A stretch of 64,000 bases of DNA from assembly GCA_049521795.1 (NCBI GenBank), contig JBEKOM010000002.1, positions 224,940-288,939 of the forward strand. Reading direction: 5' to 3'. Each line of letters starts with the position of its first letter. Within the stretch, counting starts at the first letter, position 1. Of this stretch, positions 19,851 to 29,293 are shown one piece after another. The notes below the pieces were generated by a model. That model saw nothing but the letters and a program-made list of their open reading frames with translations, was not told the origin of the DNA and did not search any database. The stretch comes from Candidatus Bathyarchaeia archaeon (GTDB lineage Archaea; Thermoproteota; Bathyarchaeia; Bathyarchaeales; Bathycorpusculaceae). The position numbers and the translations under genes were made by a program.

Positions 19851-20417
19851 TTGAGCTTAGACTATCTGAGGGTGCCCAAGCTGAGTAGCCCAAAGTCAGA
19901 AGTCGATTCCTGGAGGGTCTTGCGCGTCTTTGCTAATGAAGTTAGAGTGGCAGTGGTGAGATTGTTGGCACAATTTGAATGGAGATCTCTATCAGAGATT
20001 GCTGAAAAACTAGAAAGTGATTATGGTTGGAAAATGACGTTGCCAGGACTGCTCAAACACATGAAAGAATTGGAAGATGCTGGAATAGTGCACCATGAGT
20101 CCGGCGTCTTCGCGAAAGTGTCGGACGCGAGAAAAACCATCTACACATTGCAAGGAAAAGAAAGAGTTGAGAAAATACTGAAACAACTGGAGGACAACGT
20201 AGCAAATCCATTAGAAGCCGGACTGATATTCAGCGAAACCGCTAAACTGGCGCGTGAAGTTGAAGGTGTAGGAGCGACGGTGACCACAGAAGGACAAAGA
20301 CATCTTGAATCCTTACTTGCTAAATGTGAATCACAAAAAATCTCCGGCTATCTCACAGAAGACGAGAAGAAGAAAGTGAAGCTCTGGAGAATGATGCTGA
20401 AGATTATGAAAGAATGA
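19851..20417 (+). CDS. Winged-helix (ArsR-like) transcription regulator (start may be GTG 19872)
   Basis: FANEVRVAVVRLL...LSEIAEKL...LLKHMKELEDAGIV. Confidence 0.8.
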   Translation: MSLDYLRVPKLSSPKSEVDSWRVLRVFANEVRVAVVRLLAQFEWRSLSEIAEKLESDYGWKMTLPGLLKHMKELEDAGIVHHESGVFAKVSDARKTIYTLQGKERVEKILKQLEDNVANPLEAGLIFSETAKLAREVEGVGATVTTEGQRHLESLLAKCESQKISGYLTEDEKKKVKLWRMMLKIMKE

Positions 20418-20433
20418 TAGCGCGCGTAGATGC

Positions 20434-21231
20434 TTAGAGTTTTGATGGTTGAATCAGGTCTTGAATGAACTTTGCGACATTTTCTTTTTCAGGTTTTGGA
20501 AACTCACCAAGCAGCAGATTCGCTATTTCCTGAAGGCTTTTGGCAAACTGACTTTCGGGGAATCTCCGATAGGCCAAAAAGGATTCTTCAGACCTCACTC
20601 CCCCATAAGACTTTGAAACATTCGAGTCTTCTCTAACTTGAGCTATGCAGGGGACCTCGAGAAGACCCTCAACGTCTTTAACGAAGTCTTTCGTGAACTT
20701 CTCAGGCGTCTTAATCCTGTTCAACACGAAGCCAAGCGGGACACATTTCAGCAAATATCTGCCCAACCGAATCGTATCTATGGCCGATTCAACACACAAG
20801 ACAAACTCATCCTCCGTCAAGATAAGAACAAAGTATTCACATACGCCAAGCGACAAAAACGCTGCCCTACCAAGAGGAAACGGAGCGTCGACGAGCATGA
20901 AATCCGCTTTTACGCCTAGGAGCTTCTTTGCAAAATTGACCGGGTCCATTTCAAAATAATCCTGCAACGAAACCCCAGATGGCACCAGAAACAGATTGTT
21001 AACACCCGTGGGGTATACTGCGTTCTCAATCTCAATATCTTTTTTCACGACTTCGTCAAGCTTGAAACCAGAAGAGGTGTTGATGCCAAGAATCGTCTGC
21101 AGGGGCCTATTGGGGTCTCCCTCAACCAGAACCACCTTCTTACCGCTCTCAGCTAGAGCGGCGCCAACATTCGCCGTCAGGAGCGACTTACCCACACCGC
21201 CCTTTGACACGGCAAAAGTAATTGACCTCAT
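20434..21231 (-). CDS. MinD/ParA family ATPase
   Basis: SKGGVGKS deviant Walker A; VVLVEGD; LGFVLNR. Confidence 0.85.
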   Translation of the reverse strand: MRSITFAVSKGGVGKSLLTANVGAALAESGKKVVLVEGDPNRPLQTILGINTSSGFKLDEVVKKDIEIENAVYPTGVNNLFLVPSGVSLQDYFEMDPVNFAKKLLGVKADFMLVDAPFPLGRAAFLSLGVCEYFVLILTEDEFVLCVESAIDTIRLGRYLLKCVPLGFVLNRIKTPEKFTKDFVKDVEGLLEVPCIAQVREDSNVSKSYGGVRSEESFLAYRRFPESQFAKSLQEIANLLLGEFPKPEKENVAKFIQDLIQPSKL

Positions 21232-21280
21232 TGGACATCAACAAGTGTGTAGACAATAGAGTCTAAATGGAGGCAGATAC

Positions 21281-21296
21281 TTAACCCAACGGTTAA
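21281..21296. promoter_or_regulatory. Operator B palindrome upstream of the MinD-like gene
   Basis: Perfect TTAACC CAAC GGTTAA. Confidence 0.5.
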
Positions 21297-21299
21297 GGT

Positions 21300-23147
21300 T
21301 TAACTTTTCTCGTCCTTTTCCTTCTTTTCAAAGCTTCCAATAACGTCCTGCAAAGTGTCTCGCGGCTGAATCTTGATACCATATTTCTTCTCGAATTCTC
21401 TGATTTTCAGGTCACGCCTCTCAACATCAGTCTCGAAAAGTGCTTGCGCAACCACAAGAGGGTTGAACGCCTGGAGAAGTCGCCTCTGCTCAACAATCTT
21501 TCGACGGTATTTGATGGTAAACACTCCTAGAACAGCCTCAACTAACACCATCCCGGCTATCCCCCAGAACCACCACTGAGACCATACGGACATTCCTGGA
21601 GACACAACAGACGCTACTGTTACCTCATGTTCCCCGTGGAGACTTGTGAAGTAGACCCACGTGTGCGTTCCGTTTGTGCTAATCACACTGTATGAAACCG
21701 AAGCATGGTCCACCGTGACTGCGAACGGAGGCGCGATCAGTACACTAGGGATTAGGATGCGGGAGAAACCCTTGTTCCCGGTCGCATTAACGTTGAAGCT
21801 TAACGTGCCAGTTTTGTTGTCTGGACTACGATTGTACTGCAATCCTGAAATCGTAGAATTGCTGATAACAGCAACAATGCAAGATTGGTTTTCGATGTCG
21901 ATGCTAAACTGCAAATACTGGCCCATCAGAGGATAGCTATCCTGGCTGTACACTCCCAGCCACCCTCTATCATCGACGATGTATGGCTTGTCTCCGATCC
22001 CGCTCGTATGCGTGTCAGCACCACCGTAGTCTCCCCAGAAGTTGCCTTGGGCGCCATCATCCCAGAAATTACCGAAAGAATCGTTGCTCGGTTGTTCGAC
22101 GTTCCTAATCAAGTTGTCAATGAAGTTGTTGTCAAAAAACCTGTTATTGCTGGAATTCCAGAGGCGAACTCCAAACTGATCGTTTGCCGAGATGTTGTTG
22201 CCTGAAATTCCGTTCCCGCCGGAATTGATGAACCATATTCCAAAAGTGTTATTGGAGACGTCGTCACCATTGAAGGCGTTGTCCGCAGAATCAAAGAGAA
22301 GTATTCCATACTCGTTGTTAAAAGATGCCGTGCTATCATCGAGGGTGTTGCCGCCAGAACCGTAAAAGTATATTCCGTACCCGTTCCTTGAAAAGTCGTT
22401 GCTTTGAAGAGTGTTGTTGAAAGAATACTGGAGCCCAATTCCGCGGCCTTGGTTTGAGACGACAAGGTTGCCCGAAAGGGTGTTGTTGCTCGAACCGTAT
22501 GAATATATCCCGTTCCAGCCGCTCGATGAAACATTGTTATCTGCAAGAACGTTATTTCTAGAAACGTCAAGATGAATTCCGTTCATGTTACCTGAGGCAA
22601 CGTTATCCGAAACACTGATGTTGGCAGAACCGTAGAGGTGTACCCCATATTCGTTGCCTAAAACATCGTTGTCTTCAACAATGCTGTCGTTAGACCCATA
22701 CAAGTATATACCATTATAGTTGTCTTTCACGATGTTGCCGCTTATGTTGTTATCACTTGATTGGTACACTTGTATGCCACTGTAACCAAACATGCTGTTT
22801 CGTACAGTCAAACCTGTGACACTGACGTTGTCAGCCGTTATTCGAATAACGCTGCCCAATGCACGACCGTCAATAATAGTGCTGAGCACATTATCCCCTA
22901 TAAGGGACACCGACTTGTTCACTACAACGTTTTCATAGTACGTTCCCGAATTCACTCGAATCGTGTGTCCACTCAAAGTTGCATCAGCATCTATGGCCTC
23001 CTGAATCGTCGCATACCCCAGCCCTGTATCAATGTTAAGAACTGGCAACGTGGTTTCTGCCAGCACATTGAAAGACATTGCAGCGGTCAAGAGCGAGGCC
23101 AATAGTAAAACAAGAATAGCGGTGAGAAGAGCTCTGCCCAATTTCAT
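21300..23147 (-). CDS. NosD/CASH right-handed beta-helix surface protein with C-terminal TM and cytoplasmic tail
   Basis: YATIQEAIDA, GTYYENVVVNKS, many GIxLxxSxNN repeats, GNFWGDYGG, DSYPLMG. Confidence 0.85.
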   Translation of the reverse strand: MKLGRALLTAILVLLLASLLTAAMSFNVLAETTLPVLNIDTGLGYATIQEAIDADATLSGHTIRVNSGTYYENVVVNKSVSLIGDNVLSTIIDGRALGSVIRITADNVSVTGLTVRNSMFGYSGIQVYQSSDNNISGNIVKDNYNGIYLYGSNDSIVEDNDVLGNEYGVHLYGSANISVSDNVASGNMNGIHLDVSRNNVLADNNVSSSGWNGIYSYGSSNNTLSGNLVVSNQGRGIGLQYSFNNTLQSNDFSRNGYGIYFYGSGGNTLDDSTASFNNEYGILLFDSADNAFNGDDVSNNTFGIWFINSGGNGISGNNISANDQFGVRLWNSSNNRFFDNNFIDNLIRNVEQPSNDSFGNFWDDGAQGNFWGDYGGADTHTSGIGDKPYIVDDRGWLGVYSQDSYPLMGQYLQFSIDIENQSCIVAVISNSTISGLQYNRSPDNKTGTLSFNVNATGNKGFSRILIPSVLIAPPFAVTVDHASVSYSVISTNGTHTWVYFTSLHGEHEVTVASVVSPGMSVWSQWWFWGIAGMVLVEAVLGVFTIKYRRKIVEQRRLLQAFNPLVVAQALFETDVERRDLKIREFEKKYGIKIQPRDTLQDVIGSFEKKEKDEKS

Positions 23148-23283
23148 CCCAGTACAATATATTGTTAAGATGAAGCGACTTCTTTTATGCGTATTGGTAG
23201 CGCGCGCTGGTAGCAAACTGAAACCTGGTATCTAAGACCAGAACAGGTAAATACGAGGGTCACCATAATTAAATTGATCCGCT

Positions 23284-24360
23284 TTGAGAAACGGAAAGGC
23301 AAGTTTGCTTGCTCTAATAATTCTAGCGTTATTTGTGGGTATATATCCACTAGGTAAAGCGACGCCCGGAACCGTAGTGGCCGTTGATCCAACGGCAAGC
23401 ACAGTCAAATTGGGACAGACCTTTGGAATCAATATCAACATTACCGATGTTACAGGGCTTCTGGGGTTTGACTTCCAGCTGTCGTATGACGCTACTGTTT
23501 TGAAGCTCGTAGACATTCAGCAAGGGTCCTTCCTGAAGAGCGTCGGATCCACTCTCGTAATCAATCTCACAACCAATGGGGTCATTTGGTTGGCTGTGGC
23601 TGTCTACAGCCCTCAACCGCTGTCATCGGCCAATGGAAGCGGCGTTCTCGCCACAGCAACCTTTAAAGCGGTAGCGGCAGGCGAATCCTTGCTAGACTTA
23701 TATTCTAAAGACCCCTACACGCCAGACGAAGTTAAACTTGTAAGCGATCCTCCGCCAGACAGCGTGGCAGCGATTCCCAATGTGGCCGCCGACGGACACG
23801 TATTCGTTTCGTCTGATCCCGCAGACCCACCAGACCCACCGCCAAACCCTCCGCCGCCAACAACCCCTGCGCTGACAGCGCACGCGCTTGCTCCCAAAAC
23901 TGTTGTCGGACAAGGCTACAAGCTACCCATAAGTGTAACGACCGCGAATCAGGGAGACCTCACCGAGACCTTCAGCGTCGCCAGTTACGCAAACACTGCT
24001 GAAATAGGAGAACAAACCCTAACCCTGTCAAATGGAAGCTCCACCACCGTCTCTTTTGTCTGGAACACTAATGGCTTTGCTTACGGCAACTACTCCGTAA
24101 CTGCTCAGGCTTTCGTTCCAGGGCAAACGAGCACGGCTAGCGACACTGTCGTTGATGCCTTCGTGATCGTAACAATTCCAGGTGATCTTAGCGGTGACTT
24201 CAAGGTTAACATAAGCGATGCCATTCTGCTATCATCGGCCTTCAATTCTAAACCGGGCAGCTCACACTGGAACCCCAACGCAGACATAAACGGCGACGGC
24301 GTCGTAAACATCCTTGACTCCATAATACTGGCAAACCACTTCCTCGAACACTACCCTTAA
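23284..24360 (+). CDS. Secreted cohesin + Pro linker + CARDB + dockerin protein
   Basis: FGININITDVTGLLGFDFQLSYD...GSGVLATATF; PPDPPPNPPPP; PGDLSGDFKVNISD / ADINGDGVVNILD. Confidence 0.87.
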   Translation: MRNGKASLLALIILALFVGIYPLGKATPGTVVAVDPTASTVKLGQTFGININITDVTGLLGFDFQLSYDATVLKLVDIQQGSFLKSVGSTLVINLTTNGVIWLAVAVYSPQPLSSANGSGVLATATFKAVAAGESLLDLYSKDPYTPDEVKLVSDPPPDSVAAIPNVAADGHVFVSSDPADPPDPPPNPPPPTTPALTAHALAPKTVVGQGYKLPISVTTANQGDLTETFSVASYANTAEIGEQTLTLSNGSSTTVSFVWNTNGFAYGNYSVTAQAFVPGQTSTASDTVVDAFVIVTIPGDLSGDFKVNISDAILLSSAFNSKPGSSHWNPNADINGDGVVNILDSIILANHFLEHYP

Positions 24361-24562
24361 CCCCGCGTTTCTCGGCGACACTCCGCGGTTTCTGACCAAA
24401 GCGACAATGCGTAAATAAGTAGGCTATTCGCGCGCGCTCGTAAGAGACGCTGTGAGAAGATTCTTGGAGCGGTATGGTTATTACCCGGGAATCAAGCGGA
24501 GGTCGAACACAGTTGAAACTTGTGCACCAACACTAGGATTCGACAACGATCCGTAGCTACTA

Positions 24563-24878
24563 GTGCGCTAGCGTGTTTCTGAATTCTTTGGGGAAGTGGC
24601 TTGTGCGGCTCATTCTGCTCCCTAACCATATTTGGCTCCAAATATGCATGATACATTGAAACCGAGGAGGGGTACCAGACGCCGCCCCACGTTCATGCGC
24701 ATGTAAAGAAGACTCTGCTGCGTCGCGGACAAATACAACGTTGGGTCATATAGCATACCCGGGGGGAGGGTGTGAGTGTGAGCACGCAAACACCCAGTCC
24801 GAACCATGACAGTAACCATCGACCATCGGAAAACGCTATGCCTGCTCTTGAACGGAATTCAGGAACAAGCATGCGCGC
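24563..24878. mobile_element. MITE-like element copy A (316 bp, imperfect 24-bp terminal inverted repeats ending in GCGCGC)
   Basis: GTGCGCTAGCGTGTTTCTGAATTC ... GAATTCAGGAACAAGCATGCGCGC (19/24 match); homologous in reverse to 51237-51443. Confidence 0.65.
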
Positions 24879-24906
24879 TCCGAGAAGGAACTTCAAGGTA
24901 CGCCTG

Positions 24907-26670
24907 TCAAGTTTCGGTTATCTTCTTGAGTTGATTGCGGTACATCTCCAGTATTTCCGCGGATGTCGTTGCGTCTTCTGGCGCTTTGTCAACCCTATAG
25001 TTCCCTGTAAACCTTGGAAAACGAATTGCAAGCCCACTGCCCTCGCGCACAGAATCCATGGCGCATGTGTGAATTGGGCTGAGCGTGATCTCTGCGCCCA
25101 AGACTTCGATCACGACAACAGGTTCAAACCACACGTCCGCTTTAAGCAGCGAATCAACCCTAGGATGCCTGTGTTGAATAACATGTTTCTGCAACATGCT
25201 TGGAAGCTTCGCTAAATCTTGGTCTGTGAAGCCTGTGCCACACTTTGTGACGGTCTCAAATGTGTCATCTTCAGCATTGTATGCTGCCAGAAGGAGAGCG
25301 CCGTACTTTCCAGCCCTCTTTCCCCTTCCGTGAAAAGCTCCAACGACAACCAAGTCTACGGTGTCGTGCATCTCGCTCTTGTAGTCGCGCTTGTACTTTA
25401 TCCACAGCCAGCCTCTAGCTCCTGCTTGGTACACGGAATCCTTGGCGATTGACTTGCACACTAAGCCCTCGCAACCGTTCTGAATAGCTTCTAAAAAGAA
25501 CTTTTCAAGGTCAGCCGCATTATCGGTTATCGTGCGGTCGGCGAGCTTCACACGGTCGCTTTCTCTTATGGTTTTTTCGAGAATCTTCCTCCTTAAAGGA
25601 TACGGTTCTAGAGTCAAGTCTTTTCCATCAACATAAAGTGCCTCAAACATGAAGAGCGAAACAGGATAGTCCTCAATGGCCTTGTCAATGCCGTACTTGC
25701 GTCTGCGATGCATAAGCTCCTGGAACGGCCTTAACTCACCAGTGTCAGGGTCCACCGCAACGCATTCACACTCAAGAATGGCCTCCTTCGCCTTAACATT
25801 CTGCTTAAACAGCTTAACAGCATCTGGATACTGACTTGAAATGTTCTCCAGACGACGAGAAAAAAGAGTTAAATCGTCCCCACGTTTATGAGCCTGGAGG
25901 CGCTCACCGTCATACTTGTACTCGGCTGCGCATTTTCCTCCGAGTTTCTCAAGGATCTCCTCAGGAGACGAAAGCCGCTCAGCCAGCATCGGCCTAATAG
26001 GCTCGCCGATCGAAACTTGAAAACTCTTGATGCCTTCAAGACCCTTTTCAACAAGTGTCTTGGCCACTCTTCCAAGGTCAGAACAGATGTTATAAGCACG
26101 TTCAACGTGTTCTCGGGCTTCCTTGCCACCGCCGTAGGCTATGGCCAGAGCATCGAGAACCGTCATGTCTGCTATTCCTAGGCGAAGGTTCCCAGTCACG
26201 GTCCTTAAGATGTACTTCGCTTCACTGGGGGACGCCGCAGCTAATAAGCCAGCTAAGAGCGCCATCTTCGTGTCAACGGCACCCGTTCCGGATGATTTAG
26301 CCATTTTGTCAAGCGTCTCATAGACTTTTTCAACCGTCAATGCTTGCTGAGAAAAGGTCACTTGCTTCTTGGTGGCTATGAACTTTCGACCTGTTTCACC
26401 GACGTCTCCACTCTTCTTAATGTCCTCTTCGATCTGGCTTTCCCTGCTCCCGGTAGTTCTCGCCAAGGCCTTCACTGCGAGCTTTTCAGCCACTCCGATC
26501 TCTATTCCCACAAAATCAGGGTATATCCTGCCCTGAGTAAGGTATGCAACTTTGTCTATGACTTCTCTCGGAGTGACTTTGAAAAGGTCAACAAGCAGAT
26601 CTGTCATCTCTAACCGTTTCGTCGTCCCCTCAATCCGTTCATAAGCCTCAGCAATCATGCTGTACTTCAA
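24907..26670 (-). CDS. lig: ATP-dependent DNA ligase
   Basis: EYKYDGER, EGLVCK, WIKYKRDY, AIRFPRF motifs. Confidence 0.97.
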   Translation of the reverse strand: MKYSMIAEAYERIEGTTKRLEMTDLLVDLFKVTPREVIDKVAYLTQGRIYPDFVGIEIGVAEKLAVKALARTTGSRESQIEEDIKKSGDVGETGRKFIATKKQVTFSQQALTVEKVYETLDKMAKSSGTGAVDTKMALLAGLLAAASPSEAKYILRTVTGNLRLGIADMTVLDALAIAYGGGKEAREHVERAYNICSDLGRVAKTLVEKGLEGIKSFQVSIGEPIRPMLAERLSSPEEILEKLGGKCAAEYKYDGERLQAHKRGDDLTLFSRRLENISSQYPDAVKLFKQNVKAKEAILECECVAVDPDTGELRPFQELMHRRRKYGIDKAIEDYPVSLFMFEALYVDGKDLTLEPYPLRRKILEKTIRESDRVKLADRTITDNAADLEKFFLEAIQNGCEGLVCKSIAKDSVYQAGARGWLWIKYKRDYKSEMHDTVDLVVVGAFHGRGKRAGKYGALLLAAYNAEDDTFETVTKCGTGFTDQDLAKLPSMLQKHVIQHRHPRVDSLLKADVWFEPVVVIEVLGAEITLSPIHTCAMDSVREGSGLAIRFPRFTGNYRVDKAPEDATTSAEILEMYRNQLKKITET

Positions 26671-26783
26671 TCGTGAAGCCCCACGTTAAGGTGCAGTTGG
26701 GAAGATATTAAGACTCACGCAAAGAGTTTTGGCAGACACACAGCTTGTTTGACTGTGAACTTGCAGTTTCAAGTCTCTTTCCT

Positions 26784-27305
26784 TTAGAAGGTTTCGTGGT
26801 GAACGACGTGGTCCATGGGCTTCTTGCTTCTGGGCGAAGCGGACTCGGCGGCATAACCAACGGGGACTATAGCAACGGGTCTTATTCCTTGCGGAACGTT
26901 CAGTATCTGTCTTACGTCTTGCTCCTTGAACGCACCGATCCAGCATGTGCCTAGACCGAGAGAGTAGGCGGCCAAGTGAATGTTCTGGATGGCCGCAGCC
27001 GTGTCTTGTATGCAGTACAGCGATTTTCCCCGATCACCGTAGCGTCGCGAAGAAAGATTCTCGTTTGCACACACAACGATCACGACGTCGGCTTCCTCGA
27101 TGAAAGACTGTTCCCAAGCTACCTCAACAAGTCTTCTTTTGACGTCTGGCTTTCTTATGATCACGAATTCCCACGGTTGAATGTTTCCAGCAGAGGGGGC
27201 CCAAATTGCCGCGTCAATGAGCTTCGCAACGTCTTCATCTGAAACGTCGCGTCTCTTGAAGGCCCTTATGCTTCTCCTTCCTTTTATTGCTTCAATTAGG
27301 TCCAT
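26784..27305 (-). CDS. Nitroreductase family protein
   Basis: RRSIRAF, APSAGNIQPW, GLGTCWIG. Confidence 0.92.
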   Translation of the reverse strand: MDLIEAIKGRRSIRAFKRRDVSDEDVAKLIDAAIWAPSAGNIQPWEFVIIRKPDVKRRLVEVAWEQSFIEEADVVIVVCANENLSSRRYGDRGKSLYCIQDTAAAIQNIHLAAYSLGLGTCWIGAFKEQDVRQILNVPQGIRPVAIVPVGYAAESASPRSKKPMDHVVHHETF

Positions 27306-27383
27306 GATTTCAACCCGCCTTTCAGCACATGCAAACGTTCTCACAGCACAAAAGCCTTAAGCTTTTTCACACCTCACTTGTTC

Positions 27384-27449
27384 GTGGATGATGAGTCTGA
27401 GAGTCAATAGAGCGTATGCTGTGATGTGACTCGACGGGCGAACTGACAC
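27384..27449 (+). ncRNA. Box C/D sRNA, predicted guide for 16S C1402 (E. coli numbering) 2'-O-methylation
   Basis: C box ATGATGA 27388, C'-like TGATGT, D box CTGA 27443, GTG/CAC terminal stem; guide CGACGGGCG complementary to CGCCCGUCG. Confidence 0.7.
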
Positions 27450-27543
27450 TTTCTTATAGGGAAAACTTATCAACGAAAATCACTGTTGAAAAAAGAGAAA
27501 TTACGATGCATCAATTTGAGTAGCAGCAGGGAAAAGGGAAAAC

Positions 27544-29217
27544 TTGTCGACAAAGAGAATCATCGAAGTTCTAGACGCCGCATCATCGAGAAGAACGGTA
27601 AAATACGCAGTGTACTTGATTGCGATTATCCTCTTTCTTGCTTTGATTCTGCTTCCTCCCATACTTGGAATAGCCCTCAAGTGGGGCGCGATCGGTGGAG
27701 TTCTTAACGATGCGCCGCTCATGAATCGTGCTTTGAACGCTATAGCGAACAGCTTCACGATAGCCTTGTTCGTTGCGTCAATCGACCTCGTAGTGGGAAT
27801 TCCTATGGCATGGCTCATAGCTCGGAAAAGGACAAGAGCGTCAAACGTTCTTGATACGCTGTCGGACATACCGTTTATTGTTCCAACCGCGGTGCTTGGT
27901 TATTCACTTCTGCTTTTCTGGAACGGCCCCACTGGAATATCGGCTCTCTTCACTGGACCGCTTGTTTCAGAGGGGTGGCTTCTCATAATACTCCTTCACT
28001 TCGCTTTTTCGTTTCCTGTCGTTGTCAGAGTTGTGGTCGGAGCATTGCTCGACTACAAGCGAGAGTTCGAGAATGCATCCAGAACGCTTGGTGCCCCACC
28101 GTTTACTGCCGCAAGAACCGTTACGTTGCCAATAATAAAGCCATCATTAATAGCCGCCTTCATACTTGCCTTTTCAAGGTCAGTCTCAGAGACAGGCGCA
28201 ACTTTTGTCGTTGCAGGAGCTTTCGAGAACGGTTCAATCTTCCTGCAGAACGTAAAAAACACGTTCGGACCCACGGATCCGACGTATTACGGGGCCACTG
28301 TTTTTGCGAGTTTCATTCTCATTGCAGTCTCGGTAGCAATCTTCATAACAATTCGTGCGGTGGGTCCGAGGTTGAAGCTGCCTGTTAGACGAATTTGGCC
28401 GTCTTTTGAAAGAAAACTCAGCTATTCGAAAGCAGAATCTTCGAGGAACGCTGTTACACTCGCCATCTTTCTAGTCATCGTCCTAATACCATCTCTTTTC
28501 GTCGCCCTTCCAGCGTTCCAAGCAATGTTCACTAACACGGTGAGTGAGTCCCTTCGAGGTTCTGGCATCTGGGGAGACTATTGGCAAGGCCTACTTCTTT
28601 CATATGGCCTCGCCGCAACAGTCACCTTGCTTAACATAGTCATAGGATTACCCATGGCTATTGCAATCGCAAGGAGAAAATTCGGTAGGTTCCAATCAGC
28701 AGTTCTGGATATTCTCGTCAACATCCCCCTCGTTGTGCCCTCAATCGCACTAGGCTTCTCATTGGGAATTTTTTGGACACGGATCTTCACTTCCATACCG
28801 GAGCTTCTTCTGCTGATCTTTGCTCATCTTGCAATCACGTATCCGTACTTCGTGAGATCAATGTCTGCCGCCGTTGAAAGGATCAGCATGGAGATGGAAG
28901 AGGCTTCAAGAACTCTGGGAGCTAAACCATTAGGAGTCTTCAGGACCATCGTTCTGCCGCTGACTAAGTACTCTATACTTTCAGGGGCGATACTTGTCTT
29001 CACACGAAGCGTAAGCGAAACTGGCGCGACTCTGGCAGTGTCGAAGACCCTCAGAACTGTGCCGGTGGTGCTCGTGAACTGGATAAAACCCTCAAACCCT
29101 CTGGCACCGCACCCTACTACGTTACAGATAGGGTTAGGAAGCGGTTTCCTGATACTGTTCTCGTTCATCATTCTCCTAGCACTGAGACTGACTGTGAAAG
29201 AGAAAGGAAGATACTAA
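27544..29217 (+). CDS. ABC permease with two BPD domains (FbpB/ThiP-like)
   Basis: Two EAA motifs (FENASRTLGA, MEEASRTLGA) and two RSVSETGAT. Confidence 0.88.
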   Translation: MSTKRIIEVLDAASSRRTVKYAVYLIAIILFLALILLPPILGIALKWGAIGGVLNDAPLMNRALNAIANSFTIALFVASIDLVVGIPMAWLIARKRTRASNVLDTLSDIPFIVPTAVLGYSLLLFWNGPTGISALFTGPLVSEGWLLIILLHFAFSFPVVVRVVVGALLDYKREFENASRTLGAPPFTAARTVTLPIIKPSLIAAFILAFSRSVSETGATFVVAGAFENGSIFLQNVKNTFGPTDPTYYGATVFASFILIAVSVAIFITIRAVGPRLKLPVRRIWPSFERKLSYSKAESSRNAVTLAIFLVIVLIPSLFVALPAFQAMFTNTVSESLRGSGIWGDYWQGLLLSYGLAATVTLLNIVIGLPMAIAIARRKFGRFQSAVLDILVNIPLVVPSIALGFSLGIFWTRIFTSIPELLLLIFAHLAITYPYFVRSMSAAVERISMEMEEASRTLGAKPLGVFRTIVLPLTKYSILSGAILVFTRSVSETGATLAVSKTLRTVPVVLVNWIKPSNPLAPHPTTLQIGLGSGFLILFSFIILLALRLTVKEKGRY

Positions 29218-29293
29218 AATGCTTAATAAACAACTCTCAGCCTATCACGTTCAATCAACCTTTCGAACGTCCGAAGGGGAGGTTACCTGACGG

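Noticed and set aside
24630-24662. ATTGAAAC, typical of a CRISPR repeat 3' end
   Set aside because: Single occurrence; I found no regularly spaced 25-40 bp direct repeats in the window.
27390-27462. TPP riboswitch-like words (CTGAGA, GAACTGA, AGGGA) upstream of a ThiP-like permease
   Set aside because: P2 GGG/ACCC pairing and P5 are missing; the box C/D interpretation fits better.
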